Below, piece after piece: positions 39,324 to 47,806 of a DNA stretch of 52,133 nt; within the stretch, counting starts at the first letter, position 1, and the number at the start of each line of letters is the position of its first letter. The notes beneath the pieces were generated by a model, which saw only the letters and a list, made by a program, of their open reading frames with translations, was not told where the DNA came from and ran no database searches. The DNA is from a phage: the sequence record OZ470597.1; one strand, given 5' to 3'. A program made the position numbers and the translations under genes.

Positions 39324-39367
39324 ATTATGCCAGGCTTTTACACCTGGCTTTTAACAAAAAGTGCTAT
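39324..39367 (-). promoter_or_regulatory. conserved-element promoter for 38909..39292 gene
   Basis: minus-strand ATAGCACTTTTTGTTAAAAG (39348-39367), spacer hairpin GCCAGGTGTAAAAGCCTGGC, -10 CATAAT (39324-39329). Confidence 0.55.
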
Positions 39368-40050
39368 TTTGCGTTAGCTTCAAAGACGGCGCGAGCAAAA
39401 CCGCGCGGTGTGAGGGAGCGGAGTTGCTTTGTTCTGGCAGACTTACCGCCTAAAAACTTCCAACCCCAAAAGAACATTACGCCCTCATCATTGCATAACG
39501 GCTTGCGTTCCGGTTCGGTAAATCCGTTGCCGCACCAGATAGCCGTCCTTTTTGTGTAGCCATCCTTTAGCGGCATCTTGGGGTGAAAAGATCCATCGGA
39601 TTCGTCCAGGTAGTTACCAAAATCGCGCGGATTGAAATAAAAATCAGGCTTGCGCCATAGCGTTGATAGTCGGCCTACAGGATTCTCAGCCATCCAGGGA
39701 ACACCGAAATGATTCCCGACAGTTTCAACCATGATTGCATTTTTGAGCGCGACCTGAACATCATCATCGCTTCGCGCGTGCTTGATTCCTGATTGGGCAA
39801 ACATGGTGCAGTCTGGAAATCCAAATACAATATCTGGTTTTGGAATATCCATCTTACTGATTCTTTCAATGAAATTTTCATCAATCCACATATTCACATA
39901 ATGCAGATTTTCATGCTTCATCTTGATGAAATATTCGCCGTGATTTCCTTCATCAGCGTTAAAGCAATAGCATTGATAGCCAGCCTTAGCATATTCAAGC
40001 AGCATGATTCCAGATCCATCAAACATTGAGTAAGCAACTTTATTTCCCAT
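39364..40050 (-). CDS. C5-cytosine methyltransferase-like protein (divergent, compact)
   Basis: FDGSG (motif I-like), GFPDC (motif IV PC-like), ENP (ENV-like) at spacing typical of C5-MTases; start uncertain (ORF extends to 40110, overlapping the HNH gene). Confidence 0.4.
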   Translation of the reverse strand: MGNKVAYSMFDGSGIMLLEYAKAGYQCYCFNADEGNHGEYFIKMKHENLHYVNMWIDENFIERISKMDIPKPDIVFGFPDCTMFAQSGIKHARSDDDVQVALKNAIMVETVGNHFGVPWMAENPVGRLSTLWRKPDFYFNPRDFGNYLDESDGSFHPKMPLKDGYTKRTAIWCGNGFTEPERKPLCNDEGVMFFWGWKFLGGKSARTKQLRSLTPRGFARAVFEANAK

Positions 40051-40567
40051 GATTTTTATGATACCCCAATTCATTCTCGGCTTTACGTTTTGCGGCAACA
40101 GCATCTCCAAAACTGGAGAAACAACCTATATAAATCCTACATCCTCGCTTTCCGCTTCCAACCCTTACAACCCATTTTCCATGTTTATTTTTATGCACAC
40201 CTGGTATGCCACTTGTATTGTTTTTCTGCTTTGATGTGTTTCGCATATTTCCTTTGTGATCTTTTAATTCAAAGTTTATTGCTCTGTTATCAGTAGTAAT
40301 GTGATTTACGTGATCAACCTCCATTCCTTCCGGTATAGGCCCATAGTGCATTTCATAGCATATTCTATGAACTTTCAGATTATAACGCTTTCCATTTACA
40401 GTAAGTGCGGTTTCTAAATATCGACCACCACTACCCAAAGAGCCAACCTCATTACCAGCATTGCAAGCATTCCATTGTTTAACTCTTGATTGGTGAATAT
40501 CTTTTCTTTCTTTCCAGAACAGCTTTCCAGTTTCTGGATTGTATGTAAAGTAATCGTGCCAATTCAT
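40040..40567 (-). CDS. HNH homing endonuclease (paralog)
   Basis: 175 aa; MEVDHVNHITTDNRAINFEL HNH motif, C-terminal ELGYHKNHGK; GAGGTGA RBS. Confidence 0.8.
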   Translation of the reverse strand: MNWHDYFTYNPETGKLFWKERKDIHQSRVKQWNACNAGNEVGSLGSGGRYLETALTVNGKRYNLKVHRICYEMHYGPIPEGMEVDHVNHITTDNRAINFELKDHKGNMRNTSKQKNNTSGIPGVHKNKHGKWVVRVGSGKRGCRIYIGCFSSFGDAVAAKRKAENELGYHKNHGK

Positions 40568-40575
40568 TCATCACC

Positions 40576-40800
40576 TCAAAACGGAAAGCATCGCGCACAG
40601 TTAGGATCAAAATTGCAGCCGCAATCATTGACAATCATCGTTGGATCTGCAAATGCAGCGCCGCATTCATGATCCATATCCATATCACCTAACGCATCAT
40701 CAAGCGTCCTGATCTTATATGCAACTTCAAGCGCTGCCTCTTTATTTAATCCGGCATCTTCAGCCATTTGCAGGCGCTCAAAAAATCCGTCCTGACTCAT
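40576..40800 (-). CDS. hypothetical Cys-rich protein
   Basis: start at ATG 40800 with AAGGAG RBS; C-terminal Cys/His cluster (HECG...CGCNFDPNCARC). Confidence 0.45.
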   Translation of the reverse strand: MSQDGFFERLQMAEDAGLNKEAALEVAYKIRTLDDALGDMDMDHECGAAFADPTMIVNDCGCNFDPNCARCFPF

Positions 40801-40910
40801 TTCATAAACTCCTTGATAGCAACCAGAACAATAGCAAGACCAGCAGTGACAACCCAAAGACCCATAAGGCCAATCATCACTCCCAATAAAATATCAAGAA
40901 ATTTCATCAT
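40797..40910 (-). CDS. hypothetical small membrane peptide
   Basis: 37 aa hydrophobic ORF (MMKFLDILLGVMIGLMGLWVVTAGLAIVLVAIKEFMK), AAGGTGA RBS, stop overlaps next start (ATGA). Confidence 0.3.
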   Translation of the reverse strand: MMKFLDILLGVMIGLMGLWVVTAGLAIVLVAIKEFMK

Positions 40911-40957
40911 TATTATCACCTTTATTTAAAGGGAGGCGAAAACCTCCCATTGATTAA

Positions 40958-41185
40958 TCAGACAGCCTTCCAGCTTTCAATAAACATGCTGTTTTCTTCC
41001 AGCAGTTTAATCAATTCTTCGCGTGTATATTTTCGGATTTTACTACCAGGATGCGAGCCAACAACAAACACACCTTTACCGCTTGTGATTGTTAACTGGT
41101 TGATTCCACAAGATTTATCCATTTTCACAGCGACGCGGTGATGTGCATCAATAGTGTGCATGATGTTAGTGACTTTAGCTTTCAT
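40958..41185 (-). CDS. hypothetical protein
   Basis: start at ATG 41185 with GAGG RBS. Confidence 0.45.
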   Translation of the reverse strand: MKAKVTNIMHTIDAHHRVAVKMDKSCGINQLTITSGKGVFVVGSHPGSKIRKYTREELIKLLEENSMFIESWKAV

Positions 41186-41359
41186 TATGCAATCCTCATT
41201 ATATTTGGTGTGGTAACTATACCAGGTTTGAGAAATATTGTTTATCAATTATTGCTATCAGTTGAAATAGCTATGGCGCTTTGCTCGCTTTCCGCCTCCG
41301 CCATAATGATCATTTGCAACAGCTACCATCCAGGAATTATGGAATATTATTAGCTTCAT

Positions 41360-41641
41360 CTAATTAATGCCAACAACGTTAAAACTTACAGCTTTTGTTG
41401 CGCTAAACACATACGCTTCAACAGCCTCACCAAATACACGAATTTTTCCATAGCCGTACTGCGCATTCATATTGCGCCAAACCGTCCTGTTAGAGCAGAA
41501 CGCGCTACCAGTCTTGATGAGATTATCCATCTCTTTTCTTATGTCATGATAATCAAGCCAGAATCTATAAGCGCGTTGTTTAATGAGTTTCGCCTTGATT
41601 GTTTCGGCTGAGTTTTTAAAATCGCTGTTTTTGTAGGCCAT
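41360..41641 (-). CDS. hypothetical protein
   Basis: 93 aa, GGAGG RBS, start overlaps upstream stop (TAATG). Confidence 0.5.
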   Translation of the reverse strand: MAYKNSDFKNSAETIKAKLIKQRAYRFWLDYHDIRKEMDNLIKTGSAFCSNRTVWRNMNAQYGYGKIRVFGEAVEAYVFSATKAVSFNVVGIN

Positions 41642-41835
41642 TACACAACCTCCATAAAAGTATTGAATCCACGCAGTTTGAAAGCGTTGCCATGTTTAAC
41701 AACGTTCCATGTCAGGCCGGAGTGATACGCAACCATATCATCAAGATCAATGGTGATGATAGCGCCTTTCTTAAAGATTCCTTTCTCGTGAGTGGTGTCA
41801 CGCTGTGCAACTTTAACATCAACCTGTGTTTCCAT
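41641..41835 (-). CDS. hypothetical protein
   Basis: 64 aa; conserved promoter element and conserved leader upstream. Confidence 0.5.
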   Translation of the reverse strand: METQVDVKVAQRDTTHEKGIFKKGAIITIDLDDMVAYHSGLTWNVVKHGNAFKLRGFNTFMEVV

Positions 41836-41866
41836 TTTTAAATCCTAGTTCGTTGTCGATGCGCTT

Positions 41867-41910
41867 AATATACCAATCAGAGGCGCATCGGTTTTAACAA
41901 AAAGTGCTAT
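41867..41910 (-). promoter_or_regulatory. conserved-element promoter for 41641..41835 gene
   Basis: minus-strand ATAGCACTTTTTGTTAAAAC (41891-41910), -10 TATATT (41867-41872). Confidence 0.5.
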
Positions 41911-42197
41911 TCAACAACAGATCCAGTTAAAGAGATAAGCTGCCTTGTGCTCTTGTGTCTGCGATACTGACGCGCAACAACCGGAAGATTTTCACCGCTC
42001 TGATGACCAAAACAGATCGGCAACTCACCCTCAAGAGAGCGGAAGCCGCCAAATTCAAGATCCCGAACTGGCTTCGTGCGCCAGGCTTCAATAAATCCGC
42101 GCTCGTCACGAGTGATATAGCGGTATATGTTCGGGAGTGGCAATTGTATCCCCTCAAAATCCACGGTATCGGTATAGCTGTAAAACTTAGAACTCAT
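41907..42197 (-). CDS. hypothetical protein
   Basis: start at ATG 42197 with GGAG RBS (the listed ORF start 42212 lies further upstream). Confidence 0.45.
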   Translation of the reverse strand: MSSKFYSYTDTVDFEGIQLPLPNIYRYITRDERGFIEAWRTKPVRDLEFGGFRSLEGELPICFGHQSGENLPVVARQYRRHKSTRQLISLTGSVVE

Positions 42198-42339
42198 AGT
42201 CAACAACTCCAAATTCGTTTACGATTTGCGCCTTGTAGAAGCCGCCATTTTTCGCAAGGTTGTAGCATGCCGCCACAGTTTCAAATTCGCGCACTTCCGG
42301 CTGGCTGTTTTCGTGTTCCCAGGTAATCAGAGTAACCAT
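42187..42339 (-). CDS. hypothetical small protein
   Basis: 50 aa ORF (MVTLITWEHENSQ...) behind a duplicated promoter-leader module. Confidence 0.35.
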   Translation of the reverse strand: MVTLITWEHENSQPEVREFETVAACYNLAKNGGFYKAQIVNEFGVVDYEF

Positions 42340-42372
42340 TTTCAAATCCTCGCATTCGTTGTCGATGTGTGT

Positions 42373-42416
42373 AATGTACAGTAATACGATGATTGAGTTT
42401 TAACAAAAAGTGCTAT
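42373..42416 (-). promoter_or_regulatory. conserved-element promoter for 42187..42339 gene
   Basis: minus-strand ATAGCACTTTTTGTTAAAAC (42397-42416), -10-like TACATT (42373-42378); leader conserved with the 41867-41910 copy. Confidence 0.45.
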
Positions 42417-42683
42417 TTAGTCCAGGAATTCGATTTCGCGCTCGCCAGTTAACGGATCTTTAATCCAGAATCCAAGCGCCTCACCGTAAATACCGCCATA
42501 GAATCCAAGCGCCGACAGATCCTCACCGTTAACAAATACCAGATCCCCGCTACGGCTTACGTGAGACACGTTAACGATAACCGGAAATGTACGATCCTTA
42601 AATGCAGGCCGCAGGGCGTAACACCCGTTATTGAGCAAACGTGCTTTGCGCTTAACTGGAATAGGTGCATTGATTCGCGCCAT
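42417..42683 (-). CDS. hypothetical protein
   Basis: start at ATG 42683 with AAGGAG RBS. Confidence 0.5.
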   Translation of the reverse strand: MARINAPIPVKRKARLLNNGCYALRPAFKDRTFPVIVNVSHVSRSGDLVFVNGEDLSALGFYGGIYGEALGFWIKDPLTGEREIEFLD

Positions 42684-42696
42684 CTTTATTTCTCCT

Positions 42697-42942
42697 TCAT
42701 TGTTGATCGTGTTTAACCGCACTCAGAACATCACATGATTCGTTAATAAATTTTGCCATGCGCTTATCATCACCAACAGGGATTAGCGCGTTAAACTCGC
42801 GTTTGCTACTGAATACCGTCACTTTATGAAACGATGCGAACGGCATCGACGGGAACTCGACTGTTTGCCTCAAGATCCGCAATCCCATCTTTTTGGCCCT
42901 TACCTGGGCCTCTGCAAGTTCAAAATCCACTTCATTAATCAT
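42697..42942 (-). CDS. hypothetical protein
   Basis: 81 aa, GAGGAG RBS. Confidence 0.5.
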   Translation of the reverse strand: MINEVDFELAEAQVRAKKMGLRILRQTVEFPSMPFASFHKVTVFSSKREFNALIPVGDDKRMAKFINESCDVLSAVKHDQQ

Positions 42943-43210
42943 TTCTTGATCTCCTCGGAAATAAACTTCAGGACTTTGCGCAAAAACACTTCGTTATTGA
43001 TGGTCGCTGGCAATTCCTCTTTCACCTCTTGCGGCAGGTAAACGTTGTTATGCCAGGTTAAGCAATCGTAGTTGATACGATAAGAGCAAAGCCACTCGCA
43101 ATCGTTATCTGCTTCCCAAATGCAGAGTTGCAGAACATCACCGAAATCCTCAACAGTCAGATCCAGACCGTGACGCTTTGCAAAGTTGAAAGTGGTTTTG
43201 CTGATGTTCA
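42939..43210 (-). CDS. hypothetical protein (first gene of leftward early arm)
   Basis: start at ATG 43210 with AGGAG RBS, downstream of conserved promoter 43249-43292. Confidence 0.5.
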
Positions 43211-43248
43211 TTGCTATCTCCTGATGGGTATCTCGTTTCGATGTGTGC

Positions 43249-43292
43249 ATTATGCCAAATCCAGTCAGGCACGTTTTAACAAAAAGTGCCAT
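43249..43292 (-). promoter_or_regulatory. conserved-element promoter for 42939..43210 gene
   Basis: minus-strand ATGGCACTTTTTGTTAAAAC (43273-43292), -10 CATAAT (43249-43254). Confidence 0.55.
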
Positions 43293-43611
43293 TTGCTGAC
43301 TGGTCATTATTCCATCTATTCCATTAATCAGGAATAACAGGAATAACTCATTCTCGATCACCTGGATTGTGAGACTTTGAGTTTGATCAATTTTAATCAG
43401 TTGATTAACTTTTTGTGTGGAGGGGATAGAGAAACGCGATCCTCTCGCATCCTTTCCGGCAATCCTGGTGAGCGCAACTGTTGTCTTCTGTTATCGCTGT
43501 TGTGCGTGTTATTCCGGCGTGGAATCGCATAACAAAAAATAACAAGAAAAATCCATATAACATACTAAAAAATAAGGATTATTTATTTATATGTATCTAT
43601 AAATTATTATC

Positions 43612-43690
43612 TGTTATGTGTGTTATGTGGTTATATTGATACCTGGTGTATTTTTGGTGGTTGTGTGTGGTTGTGTGTTGGTTGGTGTGT
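43612..43690. repeat. GT-rich tandem repeats in divergent early control region
   Basis: TGTTATGTG x2 (43612-43629) and GGTTGTGTG x2 (43659-43677); shares GGTTATGTG-type motif with 20860-21030. Confidence 0.5.
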
Positions 43691-43890
43691 ATATATGGGG
43701 TGTGGGGCGTATCCGCGCATTTTTAGATAACACGCAAAAACAACATTGATTTATAAGAAAAAAAAACGCGAATCTTGTTATGTTATGAAAAGATAACATC
43801 GGAAAACCGCCGGTAACAATAAAAAACAGTTGACACACCAGGTGGCGGTAAATGATGATGCAGTCACTGAGTCACGAGGAGGTATAAAGC

Positions 43891-44361
43891 ATGAGTGAAT
43901 CTGTATTTACAAATGAGCTTCGCAAGGTTGCGATTGCGCTCGCATCTGGATTGCACGAATCGATCCAGATACCTGAAAGATGGGTAAGGCAGCACCTGGA
44001 GGGTAAGAAGTCAGCCAGCAATGCTGGATCATATATCCGTCAGATTATGGGGCGCGTTCCAGAAGTGGCGGAGAAGGGGAGAGTTTCAGTCTCAAAGAAA
44101 CCTTACGGCCCTGATAGCGAATATTTCGGAGAAAATTACTTTGATGTGGCGATTGTTAGTGCGCCGAATCGCAGGGTGTACAACAAGGCCGCGCTTGAGA
44201 AGGCTGTAGCGAAAGCAAAACGCCAGGTTGCTGAGTCGATGCTTAAAGTCTCACCAAACCTAGCGAACTACTCGCCAGATGAATATGAAACACTTGCTAA
44301 GGCGATCGCAGACTTTCACGCGATCATTAAAGAAACATATCTTAACGATGAGGAACAATAA
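43891..44361 (+). CDS. hypothetical protein (first gene of rightward early arm)
   Basis: 156 aa, GAGGAGG RBS. Confidence 0.5.
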   Translation: MSESVFTNELRKVAIALASGLHESIQIPERWVRQHLEGKKSASNAGSYIRQIMGRVPEVAEKGRVSVSKKPYGPDSEYFGENYFDVAIVSAPNRRVYNKAALEKAVAKAKRQVAESMLKVSPNLANYSPDEYETLAKAIADFHAIIKETYLNDEEQ

Positions 44362-44362
44362 A

Positions 44363-44611
44363 ATGAGCAAACTTACTCTTGATGAACTGATGGAAAAAAT
44401 TGATGAAGTTGGCTTTAACAAACTGGTTGATTTCCACTTGACCGCATGTGAAATCACCGCGCAGGAGTTTAGCGACATGCTATCTGATGCGAGCGAGATT
44501 TACACAAGCCTATGCGGAAGAGAAATCAAAGTCATTGAAATTGAAATGCCTGGAGATCCGGTATTTGCAAGGCTTGTGGCTGCATTCGATGAGGAGAATG
44601 TTGGACTCTGA
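44363..44611 (+). CDS. hypothetical protein
   Basis: ATG 44363 with GAGGAA RBS; 82 aa acidic. Confidence 0.45.
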   Translation: MSKLTLDELMEKIDEVGFNKLVDFHLTACEITAQEFSDMLSDASEIYTSLCGREIKVIEIEMPGDPVFARLVAAFDEENVGL

Positions 44612-44617
44612 GCGGAA

Positions 44618-44661
44618 ATAGCACTTTTTGTTAAAACGCCAGGCGCAAAACCTGGCATAAT
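44618..44661 (+). promoter_or_regulatory. conserved-element promoter
   Basis: ATAGCACTTTTTGTTAAAAC 44618-44637 overlapping stop; spacer hairpin GCCAGGCGCAAAACCTGGC; -10 CATAAT 44656-44661. Confidence 0.55.
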
Positions 44662-44694
44662 AGCCTCATCGAAACGAGATTGAGGAAAACAAAA

Positions 44695-44880
44695 ATGGCA
44701 CGTCGCATCACTAAAGACCTTAAAGTCCTGAACAAAGAAAACGTAGTTAAAATTCTGGTTATCTGGGGCTACAACGAAGAAACAGCAAAGCAGAAGGTAG
44801 ATGCAGGTTATGACCTGGCTGTAAAAGCAATGCCAAACGACGACGCCAAAGGCATTGCAAACTATGTAGCTTTCTTTTAA
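44695..44880 (+). CDS. hypothetical protein
   Basis: 61 aa; downstream of conserved promoter 44618-44661. Confidence 0.45.
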   Translation: MARRITKDLKVLNKENVVKILVIWGYNEETAKQKVDAGYDLAVKAMPNDDAKGIANYVAFF

Positions 44881-44895
44881 TTAGCAGGTGAATAA

Positions 44896-45081
44896 ATGAA
44901 AACGAAATTAGTCCATAAATCAGAAATCAAGATCGGCGATACTGTGATTCACAACGGAGAGCTTAGAACTGTTGGCAAAGAGTCAATAAGCCACGATGAA
45001 TTTATGGGGATCTTGTTGTTCGGTGACTCTTATCGTCTTGGTTATAAAATGGTTGAGCTTGTGGAAGAGGTAAAATTCTAA
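44896..45081 (+). CDS. hypothetical protein
   Basis: 61 aa; AGGTG RBS. Confidence 0.45.
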   Translation: MKTKLVHKSEIKIGDTVIHNGELRTVGKESISHDEFMGILLFGDSYRLGYKMVELVEEVKF

Positions 45082-45125
45082 ATAGCACTTTTTGTTAAAA
45101 CTCAAAAACGATAACCAGGCATAAT
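45082..45125 (+). promoter_or_regulatory. conserved-element promoter
   Basis: ATAGCACTTTTTGTTAAAAC 45082-45101; -10 CATAAT 45120-45125. Confidence 0.55.
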
Positions 45126-45180
45126 GCATCATATAGGGCGGCACGGCGTCGCCCACTAAAACCAATCAGGAGAAAGCACC

Positions 45181-46068
45181 ATGTTAAAACTTGCTGACAT
45201 TAAATTCCCGATCACCTTCGAATCTCGCGGCGTTGGTCATTTCATGTTTACCGACGAGAAGACATGCACTAAGTTTAACGAATACGGAAGTCCAAACGCT
45301 TCAACAATGGAGATTGAATACTTCATTGAAGCGCACAATAAACACTACAACTCACTCAGAGACTACGGTTACGCAATGCCAGGCTACACATGTTTGCACT
45401 ATGAGCCATATAAGGGCCAGGTGTTACCAGTGCGCTCACCGGAACGCGCAGAGATTCATACGGTCGATATGAAAACCTGCGACTACAAAAAATTGTGGTG
45501 CTTAAGCGTGGATAACATCAAGTATCCGATTGTTTTTCATTGTGGCGGTTCAACAATCAGGTTCACATCACGCGACAATGGCGTTTATAGCGATGGTACG
45601 AAATCAGAGTTGAAAGTTGATTTATTTGTTAATGGTCACAACAAATTCAATCCACACAATGAAGAGGATAAGGTGTACTACGTGGAAGATGTTACAAAAC
45701 ACTTGTTTGGAGAAACACCATTCGGCGGCGGAAAGACGTCAATTCAGAAAATCATTGGCGAGGAGATCCACAAAGCTGCTACCGAAATGAAAGCGCCTGG
45801 ACGCTGGCGTATTGATAAGAGCGCCTTTGCAAATCAAGAAATCGTAACGCAGGGCGCTATTGAAGACATGCCAGTTGCCGCCACGCTAAAAGGAGTTCAG
45901 CTTGATGATGGTATGTGGTTTGAAGTAACGGCAAAACCAAAGACGATCGAGATTCATGATGATGTTGTTATTCTTCTACTTCATTACGGTAGCGCAAAAA
46001 ACCGTACCGTTGCGGGTGAGATTAGCATCAAGCGCGGAACGATGGTTAAGTGGAAGGTGAAAGTGTAA
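45181..46068 (+). CDS. hypothetical protein with internal duplication
   Basis: 295 aa; repeated segments IKFPITFESRGVGHFMFTDEKT and IKYPIVFHCGGSTIRFTSRDNG; CAGGAG RBS. Confidence 0.55.
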   Translation: MLKLADIKFPITFESRGVGHFMFTDEKTCTKFNEYGSPNASTMEIEYFIEAHNKHYNSLRDYGYAMPGYTCLHYEPYKGQVLPVRSPERAEIHTVDMKTCDYKKLWCLSVDNIKYPIVFHCGGSTIRFTSRDNGVYSDGTKSELKVDLFVNGHNKFNPHNEEDKVYYVEDVTKHLFGETPFGGGKTSIQKIIGEEIHKAATEMKAPGRWRIDKSAFANQEIVTQGAIEDMPVAATLKGVQLDDGMWFEVTAKPKTIEIHDDVVILLLHYGSAKNRTVAGEISIKRGTMVKWKVKV

Positions 46069-46111
46069 ATAGCACGAATTGTTAAAACTCAAATGTGGGG
46101 CCAAGTATAAT
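46069..46111 (+). promoter_or_regulatory. conserved-element promoter (variant)
   Basis: ATAGCACGAATTGTTAAAAC 46069-46088; -10 TATAAT 46106-46111. Confidence 0.5.
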
Positions 46112-46141
46112 GGCCTCACTTTCAACGAAGGAGATAAAACG

Positions 46142-46372
46142 ATGTACATTAACAAGAAGATGAAATGCATTTCCGTTAACTATGGTTGCTCTGTCATGTT
46201 CAAGCCTGGCGAAATCTATATGGCGCAAAAGTTGAAATCATCAACCGGATCTTTTTACGTGAGCAATAGTAAGGGGCATCGCATGTTCCTGAACGGTGGT
46301 GAAGGCACTAAGGTTATGGCACACGCTATGGTAATTGCTGAATTTGAAGAGGTGAAAGATGGAAACAAATAA
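46142..46372 (+). CDS. hypothetical protein
   Basis: ATG 46142 with GAAGGAG RBS downstream of promoter 46069-46111. Confidence 0.45.
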   Translation: MYINKKMKCISVNYGCSVMFKPGEIYMAQKLKSSTGSFYVSNSKGHRMFLNGGEGTKVMAHAMVIAEFEEVKDGNK

Positions 46373-46580
46373 GCGCGTTAAGCACAAGTTTATTGATAAT
46401 TATGGAGATGCACTTGAAGTATATAAGTTCGGCGATAGAGTTTTTATTGATGGCACGTTTGAAGGTGGTCGCAGGCCGGATTTTAGGTCGATACTCACCA
46501 TTGACCAGGTGCGCAAGCTGGCGGATAAGTTAAATGATCTGGCAGATGAAATCGAATGCAAGCAAATTCATTTTAATTGA
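46359..46580 (+). CDS. hypothetical protein
   Basis: 73 aa; GAGGTG RBS; overlaps upstream stop. Confidence 0.45.
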   Translation: METNKRVKHKFIDNYGDALEVYKFGDRVFIDGTFEGGRRPDFRSILTIDQVRKLADKLNDLADEIECKQIHFN

Positions 46581-46591
46581 TAGGTTTGATA

Positions 46592-47131
46592 ATGAAAAAA
46601 TACGAATTTGAACTTTGGGGCAGCAAATACCATTTTTCCACGAGCAAGCCGATTGTTATCGTTGACCTGGACGGAACGTTATCAGACGGAACGCATCGCT
46701 TGCACCTGCTTCCGACAGAAGATTTGCACCTTACAGAAAGCTGGTCTGAGTTCAACAAAGCGGCTGTTGGCGATTCTCCGATTAAGAGCACGGTTTCAGT
46801 GGTTAACGGATTGTGGATGTCAGGATTTGCCGTGGTTATCCTGACCGGACGTAGCGATGAAGTGATGGAGGACACCTGCAAATGGCTTAACGAAAACGGC
46901 ATCAAGTACGATGCGTTAATCATGCGCCGCAAGGAAGACAACCGCAAAGACACAATCATCAAAGAAGAAGTCTTGCGCGCTATCGGACTGGAAAACATTG
47001 TGTGCGCTTTTGATGATTCGCCGAACGTGGTTAAGCACTTCCGCAGCCTGGGAATCACAACCTATCAGGTCACGGAATACGACAATCCACATAATCATAT
47101 CCAATCGCATGGCGTGGAGGAATTGAAATGA
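46592..47131 (+). CDS. HAD-superfamily phosphatase (polynucleotide 3'-phosphatase-like)
   Basis: HAD motif I VIVDLDGTL, motif II ILTGRS, motif IV AFDDSPN. Confidence 0.6.
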   Translation: MKKYEFELWGSKYHFSTSKPIVIVDLDGTLSDGTHRLHLLPTEDLHLTESWSEFNKAAVGDSPIKSTVSVVNGLWMSGFAVVILTGRSDEVMEDTCKWLNENGIKYDALIMRRKEDNRKDTIIKEEVLRAIGLENIVCAFDDSPNVVKHFRSLGITTYQVTEYDNPHNHIQSHGVEELK

Positions 47132-47289
47132 CCTGGTTACTTTTAATCTTTGTCACAAGTTACAATTCCGCCGCTATTGAATCGCAAGAGTTCCACGGCG
47201 AATCAAGATGCCAGGAAGCACGAAAACAAGTTGTTCTCCACATGTCAGATAGTGGGAAAGATGTAACAGCGCTATGCGTTCGTAAATAG
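47128..47289 (+). CDS. hypothetical small protein with signal-peptide-like N-terminus
   Basis: 53 aa ORF, start overlaps upstream stop (ATGA); stop TAG inside conserved promoter element. Confidence 0.3.
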   Translation: MTWLLLIFVTSYNSAAIESQEFHGESRCQEARKQVVLHMSDSGKDVTALCVRK

Positions 47290-47329
47290 CACTTTTTGCA
47301 AAAACACATTATCGGGCTTGCGGTATAGT
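47286..47329 (+). promoter_or_regulatory. conserved-element promoter (variant)
   Basis: ATAGCACTTTTTGCAAAAAC 47286-47305; -10 TATAGT 47324-47329. Confidence 0.5.
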
Positions 47330-47360
47330 AAGCCAATCGACAACAAGCGAGGATTAAATC

Positions 47361-47624
47361 ATGGTTAATAAAGTTGAGTTTTTCAAAGCGGTAGACAAGA
47401 TTGACGGCGCGCCAAGTTTCTTTGCTATCCATTCCATTGACGGCGAAGACGTTGCATACAACGTGATTAGTCGAGACGGTATATCAAAACTTAGTGATCT
47501 GGTGGGTTATATTGTGGCAAACGGGAAATGTGCATGGCCAGATTCGCCACGAGAGCCGCGCCGCCGCGACATGCAAAATCCAGTCCTGCTTTACACGCTG
47601 GTAATTGAAGGAGTCAACAAATGA
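47361..47624 (+). CDS. hypothetical protein
   Basis: 87 aa; GAGGA RBS; downstream of promoter 47286-47329. Confidence 0.45.
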   Translation: MVNKVEFFKAVDKIDGAPSFFAIHSIDGEDVAYNVISRDGISKLSDLVGYIVANGKCAWPDSPREPRRRDMQNPVLLYTLVIEGVNK

Positions 47625-47806
47625 TTTGGTTACTTGTATTTTTGGTTGTTTTCTTTTATATTTCAGGCTTATTCATCTTCCGTGCGCTGGTGAAAACATG
47701 CGATTGCACGGATAAAGATCAGCCTCTTGTTCTGATGTTCTGGTTTGTGTGGTTTTGGGTTGCGCTTTATCAGATTGTACGGGATAAAAGCGGATTCAAG
47801 TGGTGA
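47621..47806 (+). CDS. hypothetical membrane protein (two predicted TMDs)
   Basis: 61 aa, GAAGGAG RBS, two hydrophobic helices (IWLLVFLVVFFYISGLFIF; LVLMFWFVWFWVALYQI). Confidence 0.45.
   Translation: MIWLLVFLVVFFYISGLFIFRALVKTCDCTDKDQPLVLMFWFVWFWVALYQIVRDKSGFKW

Noticed and set aside
43623-43838. 71-aa minus-strand ORF inside the GT-rich control region
   Set aside because: Low-complexity translation of GT-rich repeats, no RBS, lies in a region better explained as regulatory DNA.
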